Assembly (NCBI RefSeq): GCF_001194135.2 | Contig: NC_068997.1 | Coordinates: 51,583,462 to 51,645,625 of the forward strand | DNA: 62,164 bases | Direction of reading: 5' to 3' | Source of the DNA: Octopus bimaculoides | Taxonomy: Eukaryota | Shown here: positions 36,236 to 48,380 of the stretch, piece by piece | Position numbering within the stretch: position 1 is the first letter of the stretch | How the letters are laid out: every line of letters starts with the position of its first letter | The notes under the pieces: generated by a model | What the model was told of the DNA's origin: nothing | Seen by the model: the letters and a program-made list of their open reading frames with translations, nothing else | Database searches by the model: none | Program-made: the position numbers and the translations under genes

Positions 36236-36982
36236 GTCATGTCTGCAGAATTCCTGCCTGTTAATGTATTCTGTACATATTATATGGTAAATATATACAT
36301 ATATTATACTATCGTATGCTATAACAGCGTCATCGCCATACAAGATATGACATCAATAAGTCCCTTATCAGAAACAACACAATGTCATGAATACATTCCC
36401 ACCAATATACATCTGTCTGTCTGTTAGTCTAAACTATGTTGTCTTGACTGCCGTATATTTTTCTATTTTCTGATGTGGTGTGGTTCAAAAGACATTAGTA
36501 ACATAAGCTTGTCTCTATATTTTTGTAGATTTTGTTTTATGTAAAGTATTAAACAATATTGCAATTTCAGTATCTGATATCGGTTTGTTAAGTCTGTAGT
36601 ATACATTTACGCAGTGAATATTAATAAATGATTGGGCGTCTATATATTTTCAGAGGCGTCTTAAGAATATTAAAAGGCGATCTATATTTCAACACTAAAT
36701 AATTTAGAAGCCAATAAATATATAAATAAAAAACAGAAAAAGAACTAAAAATAATTTCATTAAATATAAATCATATTTTTACTGAGACTGCTTAAATGGA
36801 CGTTTTGAAACGTTAAAAATTTTTAAATGATAAAAAATTATAAGAATAAAAAATGAAAACTATTATTAATTTCCTTATTAGAATCGCCCTATCTATTATA
36901 TAACTATACTTTCTTATGTTTCACGTTCCATCATACATAAAAGAATGCTTCTTAAGTGGCTTACATATTCTTGTTTTTTTTT

Positions 36983-37140
36983 ACTATAAGCACAAGGACT
37001 GAAATTTGTGGGGAGGGGACTAGTCGATTATATCGACTCCAGTGTTTAACGGGTGCTTTATTTCATCGACCCCGAAAAGATGACAGGCAATGTCAACCTC
37101 GGCGAAATTTGAACTCAGACTGAAGCAACGGTCGAAATAC
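36983..37140 (-). mobile_element. SINE group C
   Basis: CTATAAGCACAAGGACTGAAATTTGTGGGGAGGGGACTAGTCGATT...GTCAACCTCGGCGAAATTTGAACTCAGA. Confidence 0.8.
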
Positions 37141-38949
37141 ATCACTTCTTAATGGTGCCATCTCGTATATATATATATATAATCACGTTATGAAGATTTT
37201 TAAAATATTAATTAAGCGTCAGTATACACAAATAGCCTACATACAAAACAAATATATACGAACAAAATAAATTAATGCTACACTAGACGTGCAGTCAAAA
37301 TATTTATAAAGGTAATATATATATATATAGTTCAGAAATTCGAACTCAGAAACCCGATTTCACAAACTTTGATTCGTAACTCTGGATTCACAAAATCGGT
37401 TTTCGAACCTTGGATTTCGAACCTCGGACCTAAACATGAATAAATCTAATGTCAAAGCAACCAGTTAAACTAAAAGTTCATGACACAAAACGGCTGCCAA
37501 ACTACGGCAATAATTATAGTTAAAAAAGTTAAATAGTCAAACAAAAAAATTAGTCTGCTTTAAATTCACACAAAACTGCTTCATACAAGCATGCTAAGTA
37601 ACCATTAGATAACATTTATAGTTAGTTGTCTAATACAGAAAATTGTTTTAACAGAAAATAACTCGCAAAATTATAACACAACCTGCCACAAATGCAGGGT
37701 ACAAAATTCACATAAATATTACAATAACATAACTTAAGAAGTTTTTGTACTCACCCTGATGTGACACAGAAATTATTTCAAAACTGACAAGCAAAAATTC
37801 CTGGCGAATTCCTGGAGCATAAAATAATTCCATAAATGCCTAACATAAAGCACAAAGTGCATAAACTAAGCAGGCAGTCAAACCTTGTCTCACAAAAAAA
37901 AAAACCGGATGTACAATTATCACTGCTAATAAATGTTTGCTAAGGTCTAGCCAATTTGTTAGAGTTCCACAGTCACACCTAGCTTCCCCCATTTTGACAA
38001 TGGACTTCATCCTGACCTTACGGTGCAGTATGCAAAACTGTTTGTTTACCTGTTAACATATGTTTATCTTATTATTAGGCATTTTCAGATAAAAACATAT
38101 GGTAAAGAACGATATGGTTATATTCTGATAAACTGGCATCGTAAAGGATTCATACAATAGAGGTGAATAGAATCGGAAACATCTTACATATGGCTATGGT
38201 CAGGTAGAGAAAACAGGCAGCAGGGTAACATCACTGAAGCTAACAATGAGATGCATTTATGAAAGATGGTCAACTATCCAAATCTAGGATGAACACGTCC
38301 TGTGATAGTGGTGTCATCACTGATGCATAGAGGGTATACAACCAACGAAACCCATATGGATTCATACGATTAGGAATCTAATAGACAGCAATCTCTCACA
38401 AACAGGATGATAATTATTTTCGAACCTCACTACTAGATGTTATATTGACGCAAAAAGAGGATAATGGAACAATAGAAAATGCACGCTAGCTCCGAGTGAA
38501 ACTAAACTTCAATCGGAATGATGCGTTTGAAAGTAGCAAAACTTTTGACCTTTGGAATAGTGTATAAGACGTTGTTGGGTGGGTTTCTTTCTGAATAGCC
38601 TGTTTTAAGAGCAACAGATGAAAGAATACCTTTAGCCGATGTCAGAATACAGAATATATTTAGGGAATGTTTAAAGTAATATATTACAACTTCAGTATTC
38701 TTTGATATGCAGCTATCGTGATATATANNNNNNNNNNNNNNNNNNNNNNNNNNNNNNNNNNNNNNNNNNNNNNNNNATATATATATATATATATATAACA
38801 ATTGCATTATGTATAATGCAACTGTTGAAATTCTTTCTAACAATTTTTGCAAGAAGGTATTGAATGTATACGAACTAGAGTTATGAAACATTGTGATTGG
38901 GAATCGAAATACGAAAGCTGAAATAAAGCAGCAAAAGAATGGTCTACAC

Positions 38950-40470
38950 AATGGATGTAATTTGTTTGTAGGGTTGGAAGGGTTAATGAACGTGATGTAT
39001 GATTGGTCAGTTACTTTGCTGCCTAAAAATTCATCATAGGAGGGATTTTCATTAAACACAAGAATGTTTATAATCAGAGTTAAGTATTTCAAGATCAAAA
39101 ATATGATAAGCAATATCCTAGTTTGATAAACTAACATCTTAAAAGCTCCTCATTAGATGTTAGGTCATTACGAGGTGCAAGCTGCTGGAAGAATTTAGTT
39201 AAAGAAAGGAAAGAAAGAAGAGGATACCGTATTTGATATCGAAATGTTTGATATCGAAATACCTGCCAGAATTATTGATGAATTATTGAATGAAGGAGGC
39301 AATTGATTTGTGATGATTAAAGCTGTTGATGAAGACAGTGTAGAAATCAATGGCGAATGGAAGAGTGTAAAAGAAGTATATTCTATTGTAGTGAAAGGTG
39401 TTCTGGGCAGAAGAATAGATAAAAAGAAGAAAATGGATTTCGGAACAAAACATGAGAAGATGTTGGGGTATAAAACCAACAAAAAGAGATTGTTGAAAGA
39501 TGAAGAGGAAATAAGATGGGCCTTAAAATGGATATAATTAAATATTAGAGACTGAGCAGGGAGGCGAAATGGTGTTTAAGAAGTAATAATAGAAGATTCT
39601 TGAAAGTAGAAGCCGAGGAAGTAAAGAAATATTTCAATGTGAGAAACAGTAGTGGAAATATGGTTTATGAAATAATAAACGCGATAACAGGGAAAACAAA
39701 TAGATCAAAAGATTGTTGAAGAATTAAAATTTCTTATAGGAAAGTTAAATTGGTGTTAGTGTTTTAAAGTAAGCTTAAGAATAGCAATGGGTCATTTAGT
39801 GTTAAGGTGACTCAATTCTGCGAGTAGAGTCATATTTATTGCAAAGTCTGTAGTGACCAGCACTTCAAGATTGAATGAATAAGGCAAAAGGTGAAGTTTA
39901 AAGTCCCAATTAACACGAACTTTACTCAAGCATCTGATATATAAAGATCTATGTTGATGGAAGTAGCGTTTTAATACAGTCATGAATAAAGCATGCGATG
40001 GGAGAAATGTTCTGAGGATTTCTGAAGGCATTGAGAGGCTGGAAATTGCTGTCCATGAAACATCTTTTGAAGGAATGATAAAAGTTGTTTAGCAATAAAG
40101 AAACACAAGAATCTTGGGTTAGATAGTTGGGAAGGAGCAATACTGAAATCAGGTAAATACATTATTGAAGCTGTTTCTTAATATATCGAATATAAAAAAA
40201 ATTATATATATGAAGTAAACAAACTGAAAATTTTGATGTCGGTGTAGGACCTAAAATAGCGAAAAAGACGGGATTTCCGTGTTATAGACGGGAGTGTATA
40301 ATTCTAAGCAGCTTATTTATTATTGAAATTATTCAGTTTCTTCATTATCGAGATTTTGGGGAGAACAAACAGGATTCCCATGGTCGCGATGTTTTGATGA
40401 CTAAATTATACAGCAATTCGTCGAATTCCAACAGCCTTTGATAATCTTTTGTAGAATCTGAAAACGCTTT
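38950..40470 (+). pseudogene. Heavily decayed Ty3/Gypsy-like LTR-retrotransposon pol (RT, RNase H, integrase Zn finger)
   Basis: Ordered motifs: KYF 39082, GHYE 39163, AVDED 39322, K..F....LGY 39463 (one frame with stops), LIGKLNW 39733, IYVDGS 39947, DGRNVLRIS 39997, HGRDVL...FVES 40379. Many stops and frameshifts; some spacings exceed the canonical ones. Confidence 0.5.
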
Positions 40471-42112
40471 GACAGCTTACATGGAGGTTACGTTATTACG
40501 GGTTTGTGAGAAAACTAAATTGAACGGGGGAATGCAAAAAAAGCAAATACTGACGGGTCAACCCAGGATAAATGAAAACTTTGGAGAAGAGAATTATTTT
40601 ATTGCCTCATCCCTGTTTGCTGTTTGCTCCTCTAATAAGCTAGGAAGTGAAGGAAACAATTAAAAACCAAAAGGAAGGAAGTGGTTGTATTTATGGTTAG
40701 ATTTTTAGGAAGAATTCAGACAATTTGGATTATGTTGGTAGAATTGTTTGCTATTTAATGAAACATCAACAACACAAAAAAATTACAATTTTGATGAAAT
40801 AGGCGACGGCGTAGTATTTAAGATACATACATACGTATGTACGTATGTGTGCATGCATATATATACATATATACAAACGTTGACCATGGATCGACACATG
40901 TATGTGCAGACCTGAATAAGATGTTTTGAGGAAGACTGAATGTTGACTGTGCATGGAAGACTTCTTTCACAACGCCATCAATGCTTATCCTAGACAGGAA
41001 AGGCCATTGATTTGGGCAGTAGAACCATGCCATTAGTATGAACGCAGGCGTTGTGCTCAGAACCCAAATTCTGGATCAGATAACGTAAAGTATGTCGCCG
41101 GACCTGTTACAGTTCCACCAACATGCAGACCTGGATTGAAACTTTTTTTATCGACCCCCAAAAAGCAGAATTTAAGGCAGTTGATCTTGGCAGGATTTGA
41201 ACTCAAAACAAAGAGGATCTAAAAAGGTGCGGGGAGTATCCAGCATTCTAGCGCCATCATAATTTAAGATAAACATTCATTAAATTAGAATTTTAAGGAA
41301 CGATTGTAGCGAAAGAATATGTCAATGAATGGGTACCCACGAGAAGAGTCAATATAAAATAGCTTGATACGTATATGGAATGGATATATATATATATANN
41401 NNNNNNNNNNNNNNNNNNNNNNNNNNNNNNNNNNNNNNNNNNNNNNNNNNNNNNNNNNNNNNNNNNNNNNNNNNNNNNNNNNNNNNNNNNNNNNNNNNNN
41501 NNNNNNNNNNNNNNNNNNNNNNNNNNNNNNNNNNNNNTATATGCGTGGGTTGTTGAAGAAGTGTGATATTTTGTTGTTGGAGGTCTCCCCTTGTAATCGA
41601 TGGCATATCGAAGGCACATTTTTCTACAAAAGAAAAAATCTAAAAGTATCAAAAATTGAATGTCGAAAACAAGTAAAAGATAAAAGATAAAAAAAAACAT
41701 CTGCATGAGCATAGTACATCGGTTCTTTTATTCTTTTATTCTGTTATTCTTTTAATCGTTTCAGCCACGCAGCTTTAAGTTTATATATAAGTTTACTAAT
41801 TTAACACCGCATCTATTTGCCGCCATTGCAGAACCGTTCGTGCTCGAACAGGAATGTGTTAGGCTGTAAACAATGGGACACACTGTAACAGTGACAAGGC
41901 ATCAATGCTTGTCAAAATGATTTCTAATCGAAAGAAATAAGGCTGTATAGGACCCTCATTTCCCTACCTCTCACTCCGTGAGTTCCGTGCCATATTCCCT
42001 AAAGAGAACACGGAGAAAACTGATCAGATTGCTGTCAAAATAAAATATTTTAATTAACGGAAACTGCTACAAATACGTGTAACCCATATAGTGCGCGTGG
42101 GTGCACAAATAC

Positions 42113-42147
<35 letters not shown>

Positions 42148-42167
42148 CAAACATCGTTGTTGTTGTC

Positions 42168-42254
42168 ATTATTATTATTCAGGTCGCTGCCTGGAATCGA
42201 ACTCGGAATCTTGGGGTTAGTAGCTCGCGCTGCTAACCACTACGCCATATGCCC
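42168..42254 (-). mobile_element. Second copy of the tRNA-derived head of the 34521-34885 element, without the HHR tail
   Basis: GGGCATATGGCGTAGTGGTTAGCAGCGCGAGCTACTAACCCCAAGATTCCGAGTTCGATTCCAGGCAGCGACCTGAATAATAATAAT. Confidence 0.85.
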
Positions 42255-42261
42255 GTATACA

Positions 42262-42460
42262 TACGACGAGTGTCTTTCAGTTTCTGTCTACCAAATCCAC
42301 CAAATCCACTCAACGTATTTGGTCGGCCCGACGCTACAGTAGAAGACACTTGCCCAAGGTGCCACGCAGTTGGACTGAACCCAGAACCATGTGGTTGGGA
42401 GGCAAGCTTCTTTCCACAAAGCTACGCCTGTGCCTCTATGAAACTCCTTACCACGCAGCC
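42262..42460 (-). mobile_element. SINE group A head
   Basis: TCTTTCAGTTTCTGTCTACCAAATCCAC..GTAGAAGACACTTGCCCAAGGTGCCACGCAGTTGGACTGAACCCAGAACCATGTGG. Confidence 0.85.
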
Positions 42461-43059
42461 GTCTATATAAGATATACACACATATATATGTGCTTGTATG
42501 TGCGTGTGTGTGTGTGTGTATAGTAAGTATATATTGCTTATGTGTATATGCTTAGACATTCATGGGTTCAGAGAGCATGATGGTATATAAATTAATCCGG
42601 TAGATGTTAGTCAGCATCAATAAATGATTGATGAAACCCATGGGTATAGGCAGGATGTGATAGAGCTGTGCAGGCCGGGTCAAGGTAAGTATGAGGAGCA
42701 AACAGATGTTTGTCAATCGGATATTCTCTCAAAACTAACAAGGAGTGGATGTGCCGTATTTACCTGCCCTTAGCTCTTACTTGAATTTCTTGAATTTAAT
42801 CCCAGAGGCAGAAAATTTGGTAAACCGATTAAACATATTTGAAAAAGGACTTTTTCATTACCGAAATTTATATACAAGAAAGCTATTTTCAATTACTTTG
42901 CGTGTACGTGTGTGTGTGTGTGTGTATAAATATGTGTATAAATATGTATACATATATATATATATATACATATATACATATATACATATATATATATACA
43001 TACATACTTATATACATAAGTATATATATACATATATATATATATGTACATATACATAT

Positions 43060-43155
<96 letters not shown>

Positions 43156-43278
43156 ATATATATATATATATATATAATCCAAATTGTACATATTTGTTTA
43201 CACTAAGCCACGGACTCAACACACAACATTCACAATGGCTTTCATGCAGATACATATACGCTCATACACAAACGCGCA

Positions 43279-43310
<32 letters not shown>

Positions 43311-43741
43311 CACACTCCCATGCACGCACGCAATGAATGTATTTATACACATTTATTTTTGTGGTTGGTGTTATGGTTACACACGCGTACTTTTCTGATT
43401 TGTTGTAGATTACTTTTTTATTTGAATTTCTCCATTCACTTTTCCCTCGTTCTCCCTTCTCACCTCTCGCTTTCCTCTCTCTCCTTCCCGATACCTCTTC
43501 CTCTCCCTTTCTCTCTACCGTTTGTTTCTGTGAAAGCTGTGCAACGAGGTCCCATATAAGTGATAGATAATCGGCTTAGGAAACTGTTAATGGCCACAGC
43601 ATATGCTGTCCTAAATAGACTAAATTCTGTTTTAATGTCCTGCATGGATCCTACCGCTTAAACGGAAACGATACGCCGTCAGCAACTAAACAACGATCTC
43701 ATGGCGATTCATACGCAATCACAAACAAATATACATATATT

Positions 43742-43950
43742 CTTTTCTACTCTAGGCACAAGGCTCGAAATTTCTTTTTTTGGAGGGTGGGCAGTCGATT
43801 AAATCGATCCCAGTATGCAACTGGTATTTAATTTATTAAGATGAAAAGCAAAGCTGACCTCGACGGAATTTGAACTCAGAACGTAAAGACAGACTAAATA
43901 CCGCTTAGCATTTCGCCCGGCGTGCTAACGATTCTGCCACCTCTCCGCCT
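43742..43950 (-). mobile_element. SINE group C, full length
   Basis: TTTTCTACTCTAGGCACAAGG...GGAATTTGAACTCAGAACGTAAAGACAGAC...TTTCGCCCGGCGTGCTAACGATTCTGCC. Confidence 0.9.
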
Positions 43951-44003
43951 TTTATACAATATATATATTCATTACATACATATATACATATAAGTACATG
44001 GGT

Positions 44004-44148
44004 GCAGGCGTAGCTAAGAGCTAAGAAGTTTGCTTCTGTACCACATGGCTTCTGTTTCAGTGATACTGTGTGGGACATCGGGCAAGTGTCTTCTACTGTA
44101 GCTTCCGACCGATGAAAGCCTTGTGAGTGGAGTTGGCAAATAGAAACT
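44004..44148 (+). mobile_element. SINE group A head fused to a Tc1 fragment
   Basis: GCAGGCGTAGCT...GGGCAAGTGTCTTCTACTGTAGC...GCCTTGTGAGTGGAGTTGGCAAATAGAAACTGTG. Confidence 0.8.
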
Positions 44149-44656
44149 GTGTTGGAACCATAAACTCTGAAAAATATATCGAAATACTTAAGCAAGGACT
44201 TCCGACGTATTCACACGATAGCATAACGAAGAATGAGTTTTTATTCATGGAAGATGGAGCTCCATGCCACAGAGCGAAAAGGAATCAACGATGGCTGACT
44301 GAAAATGGGATCAAAAAGCTTCCTTGGCCGAGCCAATATCCTGACATGATCCCAACTGAAGATCTTTGGAGCATACGAGATAGAGCTATACGAAAAACTC
44401 GACAGAAACCTAAATGTAATGATGAATTGTTTCGATTGTTGCGTGAAAAGTGGGTAGAAATTCCACAAGAGACAATCACAAAGCTCATCAGTTCAATGCC
44501 AAAAAGAGTTTCTGAATTAAAAACTGCAAAGGAAATGTCAATTAAATGCTAAAGTATGTAGTCTTACCTATCGATTACATTTCAAATGTTCGCTTTGCGT
44601 ATCAAATAAAAAAATTTGAAAATTAAAGGTGTCTATTTACTTCCTGCATGCCTGTG
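44146..44656 (+). mobile_element. Tc1 (DD34E) transposon 3' half with transposase C-terminus and right terminus
   Basis: GTINSEKYIEIL...FMEDGAPCH...WPSQYPDMIPTEDLW...SMPKRV; 34 residues between D and E; stop at 44550-52; AATAAA downstream; end GGTGTCTATTTACTTCCTGCATGCCTGTG|TA. Confidence 0.92.
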
Positions 44657-44996
44657 TACGTAAGAATACGGAATATTATTTAATACGCTGTAAACTGCAT
44701 TGAGTAAGTCAACAGACAAACCTCTCCATTGTACATTCTACGAAGCAAATGAAAGTAGAATCTTTGCTTTATATATCTGTTACAACTAAGAAAACCATTG
44801 CTTATGATGGCTCACTGCTTCACTAGGTCAAACAGATTAAAGGTCTTGACTGTTGGATTAACTTTGTAAACTTTATGTTTTGCACCTACTTCCTCTTTCA
44901 TTCTTTTCAACAAAACAAATTCCTTGTATCTGAGCAAACAGCAATGACAATAATTCACCTGAGAGACAAGAGTCTAATCCATAGATTAACGTTTTT

Positions 44997-45131
44997 ATGC
45001 ACCATGTATTTGTTCTTCTCTTGGTAATCATTGTTATTTTATATCCATTTTCTGCTGGAGACACGAAGGACGGAGAGTCGTTGAAGCGGTCACAGATAGT
45101 GAAGAGGTCACAGATAGTAGATATAAAATAA
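44997..45131 (+). CDS. Hypothetical 44-aa small ORF with signal-peptide and dibasic-site pattern (speculative)
   Basis: MHHVFVLLLVIIVILYPFSAGDTKDGESLKRSQIVKRSQIVDIK*; no transcript or homology evidence. Confidence 0.15.
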   Translation: MHHVFVLLLVIIVILYPFSAGDTKDGESLKRSQIVKRSQIVDIK

Positions 45132-46800
45132 GAACAATGATAAACAAGTGGAAATCGAATGGTTTTATTCCTTATCCAAAATACACTTTGTAGACGTAAG
45201 CATGGTTCACCATCCATTCTTACGTGACGTTGACGTTTGTGAAAGATATTCAGATGTTAACTGAGTTACAGAGGATTACAAGATGGTTTCATATATACGC
45301 AAACACGCACACACACGCACTGACACATACACACACACTGACACATGCACACACACATAGATACATTGACACATAGATACACCCCCCTCCTCTTCTTATT
45401 TTCCTTCTCTTTCACTCCACCTTCTCATCTACCTTCTTCAATTCTATTGTTAGTTTTTCACTTCTATTTCTATAACATCTCACTTCGTTTGTCTAAACTG
45501 TAGTAGATTCTTCAAAACTCCTCCTCGCACCCTCGCCATCGCGCCACCGTCCCTACCATCGTCAACACCACCTGCATCATCATCATCGTCATCATCATCA
45601 TCATCATCATCTACCACTGTAACCTCATCTTTAACATTAACAACAGAAAATCTACCTCTACTTCAGAACCTACACTCTTAAGTTTCTGTTTCGTTTACCA
45701 AAATTGGCAACTATTTCTTTGATGTATTCTTTTACACAACCTCTAGGGAAACTTGTCAACATCCGACATAATTAACAGAAGAGACGGTAAACTAACAATG
45801 CATTAATAATTAGCAGAAATTTATCCATTTGAGATACAATGCTCGATTTGAGGAACGAAAATGTTTTGAGGGGAACAGTTCCGTCGCTTTACCATTTGCA
45901 TAAATTCTATAGTTCTTTCCAGCGCCTTATTTAAAAGTAGTCTTTATCATTAAACCACAATCTCAACCATTAGATTTCAGCTCACGAAACTAACTGCATT
46001 ATTCAATATTTTAGACATTTATATTATATCATATATATGTGTATGCATGCATGAATGTATGCACGTGTGTATATATGTCTGTATGTATACTCTTTTAATC
46101 TTTTACTCGTTTCAGCCACGCAGCTGTAGTCAGGCTGGCGCACCACCTTGGACAATATATATCTATGTACCGTTGCTATTATGTTAAACTGTCGTATGTC
46201 CGAATTTGGCCAAATGCGTTTTTTTTTTTTTTTCAATATTTACTTTTGTTTGCAGTAGCCGGTTCCTTTGGTCAAACCATTGTATCAAAATTTGTCAAAG
46301 TGTAGTACAACGGTTTTGCTATGGAATGGTGAAACTATTTTTACCCCCACACCCTCAAAAAAAAAAAAAAGAAAAAAAAAGTTTCAGGAATGTTTCAGAC
46401 AACGGAAACGATGCTTGATATAATGTTTGGCGTCAGAAGAGGACCATTTCCAAGGCGATTATATACCCAATTCATTTGTGTTGTAGTTTTCTTTCCATTG
46501 TACCAGTCGCGATACATTTTGATCAGACCTCGTATACATATACGTATATATTTACACATATATCACACATACATGTAAAGTCATATTCCCAAGACTCTTT
46601 TTCAAATATGACTCGATACATATATCAATTTATGTAATGGAGACGGCGCTCAGCATTTGACACGAGGCTATTAAAAATGTTTAAATTCCATATAGATTTA
46701 AAACACCACCAGCCTAACACCACACACATACACGCATCTTATATTAAGGACACAACATCGTTTATATTAATCACTGTTTATCAAAGATTTTCATATATTC

Positions 46801-47085
46801 TTATGAGGCCGTTATGTTTAGTTGTGTGTTATTGCTAAATTCATTCGTTCGTTTGAAGACCTTCCCAGTCTCATCATCAGAGTGGCAATGTTGATGCTTT
46901 GTTAGTGTGTGCGGAGATCGACATGTGTGTGGAGATCGGCACGTCTGTGGGGTCTGGTATGTGTGTGTGAGGTGTGGGGGGACCAGCGTGTCAAGGGATA
47001 GAGACAACATTTCTCCTGCGTGTTGTAAAATGAGACCAAAGGAAGGATTTGTCCTGCGACCTCGCAAAACCCCCGCTGGCAACGA
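46801..47085 (-). mobile_element. Possible decayed Penelope-like 3' end with a degenerate hammerhead (46842-46884)
   Basis: Minus CACU-CUGAUGA-U-GAGAC(UGGGAAG)GUCUU-CAAA-CG; the reading frame runs through it as HSDDETGKVFKR. Confidence 0.4.
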
Positions 47086-47188
47086 CTACCCAAAATAGAC
47101 CCATACGTTGGTAGGGTTGTCACCTAAATGGTGCAATGGTGTCCTAAAATGGTGGATGCAGCGAAGCGATGTTACAGCTGATGACCCC

Positions 47189-47189
47189 A

Positions 47190-47229
<40 letters not shown>

Positions 47230-47304
47230 GCTACTACTACTACTACTACTACCACTGCTATTGATGCNNNNNNNNNNTACTACTACTACTACTACCACTG
47301 CTAT

Positions 47305-47346
<42 letters not shown>
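47189..47346. repeat. (ACT)n/(GCT)n microsatellite spanning a 10-N gap
   Basis: Visible tandem arrays. Confidence 0.95.
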
Positions 47347-47347
<1 letters not shown>

Positions 47348-48227
47348 ATAACAGATTATTAACTTTCTAGAGCTAGATATAATTGGTAACAAGGCATGTA
47401 TGACTGTCATAATTTATATTAGCGAGATATTTTCCCCAAAATTGAGACTACGGCATGAGTCGGATTATATCATTGATCTCCGTATATTTATAACAGCCTA
47501 GTGCGGTGCTGTGGTAAGTAGACACGCATCTCAAACTAGTATACGGAATTAAATTATTCTGGATATCATTGTAAATGTACATTAAGTAGGAGGAGTACAG
47601 GAGCGCAAGAAGAATACCTTGAACACGTTTTAGTAAGGAGAAAGTGGGTGATAGTTAGAAATGTCTGGGAAGCATTGAGACAGAGAAAATATGGCAGAGA
47701 AAGATTCCGTGAGTATTATCTTCAAAGGCATTGATCATAACACGCAGACTAACGAACGTGCGGTTTTACCGTGGGAGCTATAACGAGACCAAGGCTATGT
47801 TTTAAGATGTCTTAATGAAAAATATATTACTTGAGTAAAGAATCAACGTATAACTTGGTCTAGTTCTAAATATAGCGCAGTCTGTGTCAGTCGCGTCGAT
47901 TAAAGAATAAACCACCCCACCTTATCTGTTTTGATTTCATTTTTCTAACCTCAAGGATATCCGTTGCTAAATACAGGATGAAAATAAAACAAAAAAAAAA
48001 TATTATAAGGGATAGAAAAAATAACAAAACTCAATAGATAAATACATGAGATTTTTTTTTTAAACACGTAAATAAAATGCATAAAGTTATAATTAAATAT
48101 ATAAAAAAAAGAACAAGTTATTTTTAAACAACCAAACAGACAGCATGACATACAAATGCGAATTGCTTCAACGAGTTGTTATTTTAGGGTTTGAATAAAA
48201 CTCGACGAAATGTTTACAAAATGTACG

Positions 48228-48229
48228 TG

Positions 48230-48294
<65 letters not shown>

Positions 48295-48380
48295 CATTAT
48301 TAGTATTATTATCATTATTGTTGTTGTTGTTGGTGTAGGCGGTGGTCGCGGTGGTGGTAGTAGTAGTAGTTGTTGTTGCT
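48228..48380. repeat. (ATT)n/(GTT)n/(GTA)n compound microsatellite
   Basis: Visible tandem arrays. Confidence 0.95.

Noticed and set aside
38502-39137. 211-aa minus-strand ORF
   Set aside because: Spans a gap and (TA)n; best explained as the antisense shadow of the decayed plus-strand pol.
47235-47310. Direct repeat ACTACCACTGCTATTGATGC on both sides of a 10-N gap
   Set aside because: Typical unmerged contig overlap, i.e. an assembly artefact.
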